This document shows positions 63,884 to 64,000 of a stretch of DNA of 64,000 nucleotides, piece after piece. Source of the stretch: Basidiobolus meristosporus CBS 931.73 (Eukaryota; Fungi; Basidiobolomycota). A program made the translations under genes and the position numbers. Position 1 is the stretch's first letter. Every line of letters begins with the position of its first letter. The stretch spans positions 1 through 64,000 of the forward strand of contig MCFE01000378.1 in assembly GCA_002104905.1 (NCBI GenBank). The letters are read 5' to 3'. The notes under the pieces are model-generated. The model searched no databases, was not told the origin of the DNA, and was given only the letters and a program-made list of their open reading frames with translations.

Positions 63884-64000
63884 ACATCATTCCAGCTGAT
63901 CATATTGCCCAAAAGTGCCATAGCATGCCAGATGGTGCCATACAGTGCCAATTTGGGATCAAAATTGACATGCATATGACCCTAAAATATTAAACTAATA
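63877..64000 (+). repeat. GTGCCA-repeat element running off the right edge
   Basis: Matches 60665-60817 apart from one internal repeat unit. Confidence 0.75.

Overview
Eukaryotic, intron-rich fungal DNA; gene content such as malonyl-CoA decarboxylase and an LRRC58-like protein suggests an early-diverging lineage (inference). About 14 recognisable protein genes lie between ~2.9 and 48.6 kb: sugar porter, UBC8-type E2, DNF1/2-type P4-ATPase, PH-domain protein, LIN1/CD2BP2, alpha-arrestin, CSC1/OSCA channel, ISC1-type sphingomyelinase, FSH-type serine hydrolase, calcineurin B, malonyl-CoA decarboxylase, monocarboxylate MFS, LRR protein and an intronless arylsulfotransferase-like gene. They are interrupted by small repeat islands and bounded by transposon-dense ends (1-2.1 kb, 49.7-64 kb). 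One Ty1/copia family dominates, with 8 LTR copies, a Ty5-like half-tRNAiMet PBS and one full-length decayed element with a CAAGT TSD. Its gag carries a solo LTR of a second family, which carries an inverted copy of itself, both at A(C/T)GC. Decayed CACTA-like transposases and a ~730 bp foldback element are also present. Repeats show CpG decay. No tRNA, rRNA or CRISPR array was found. Exon boundaries were read by eye, so gene ends are approximate where stated.
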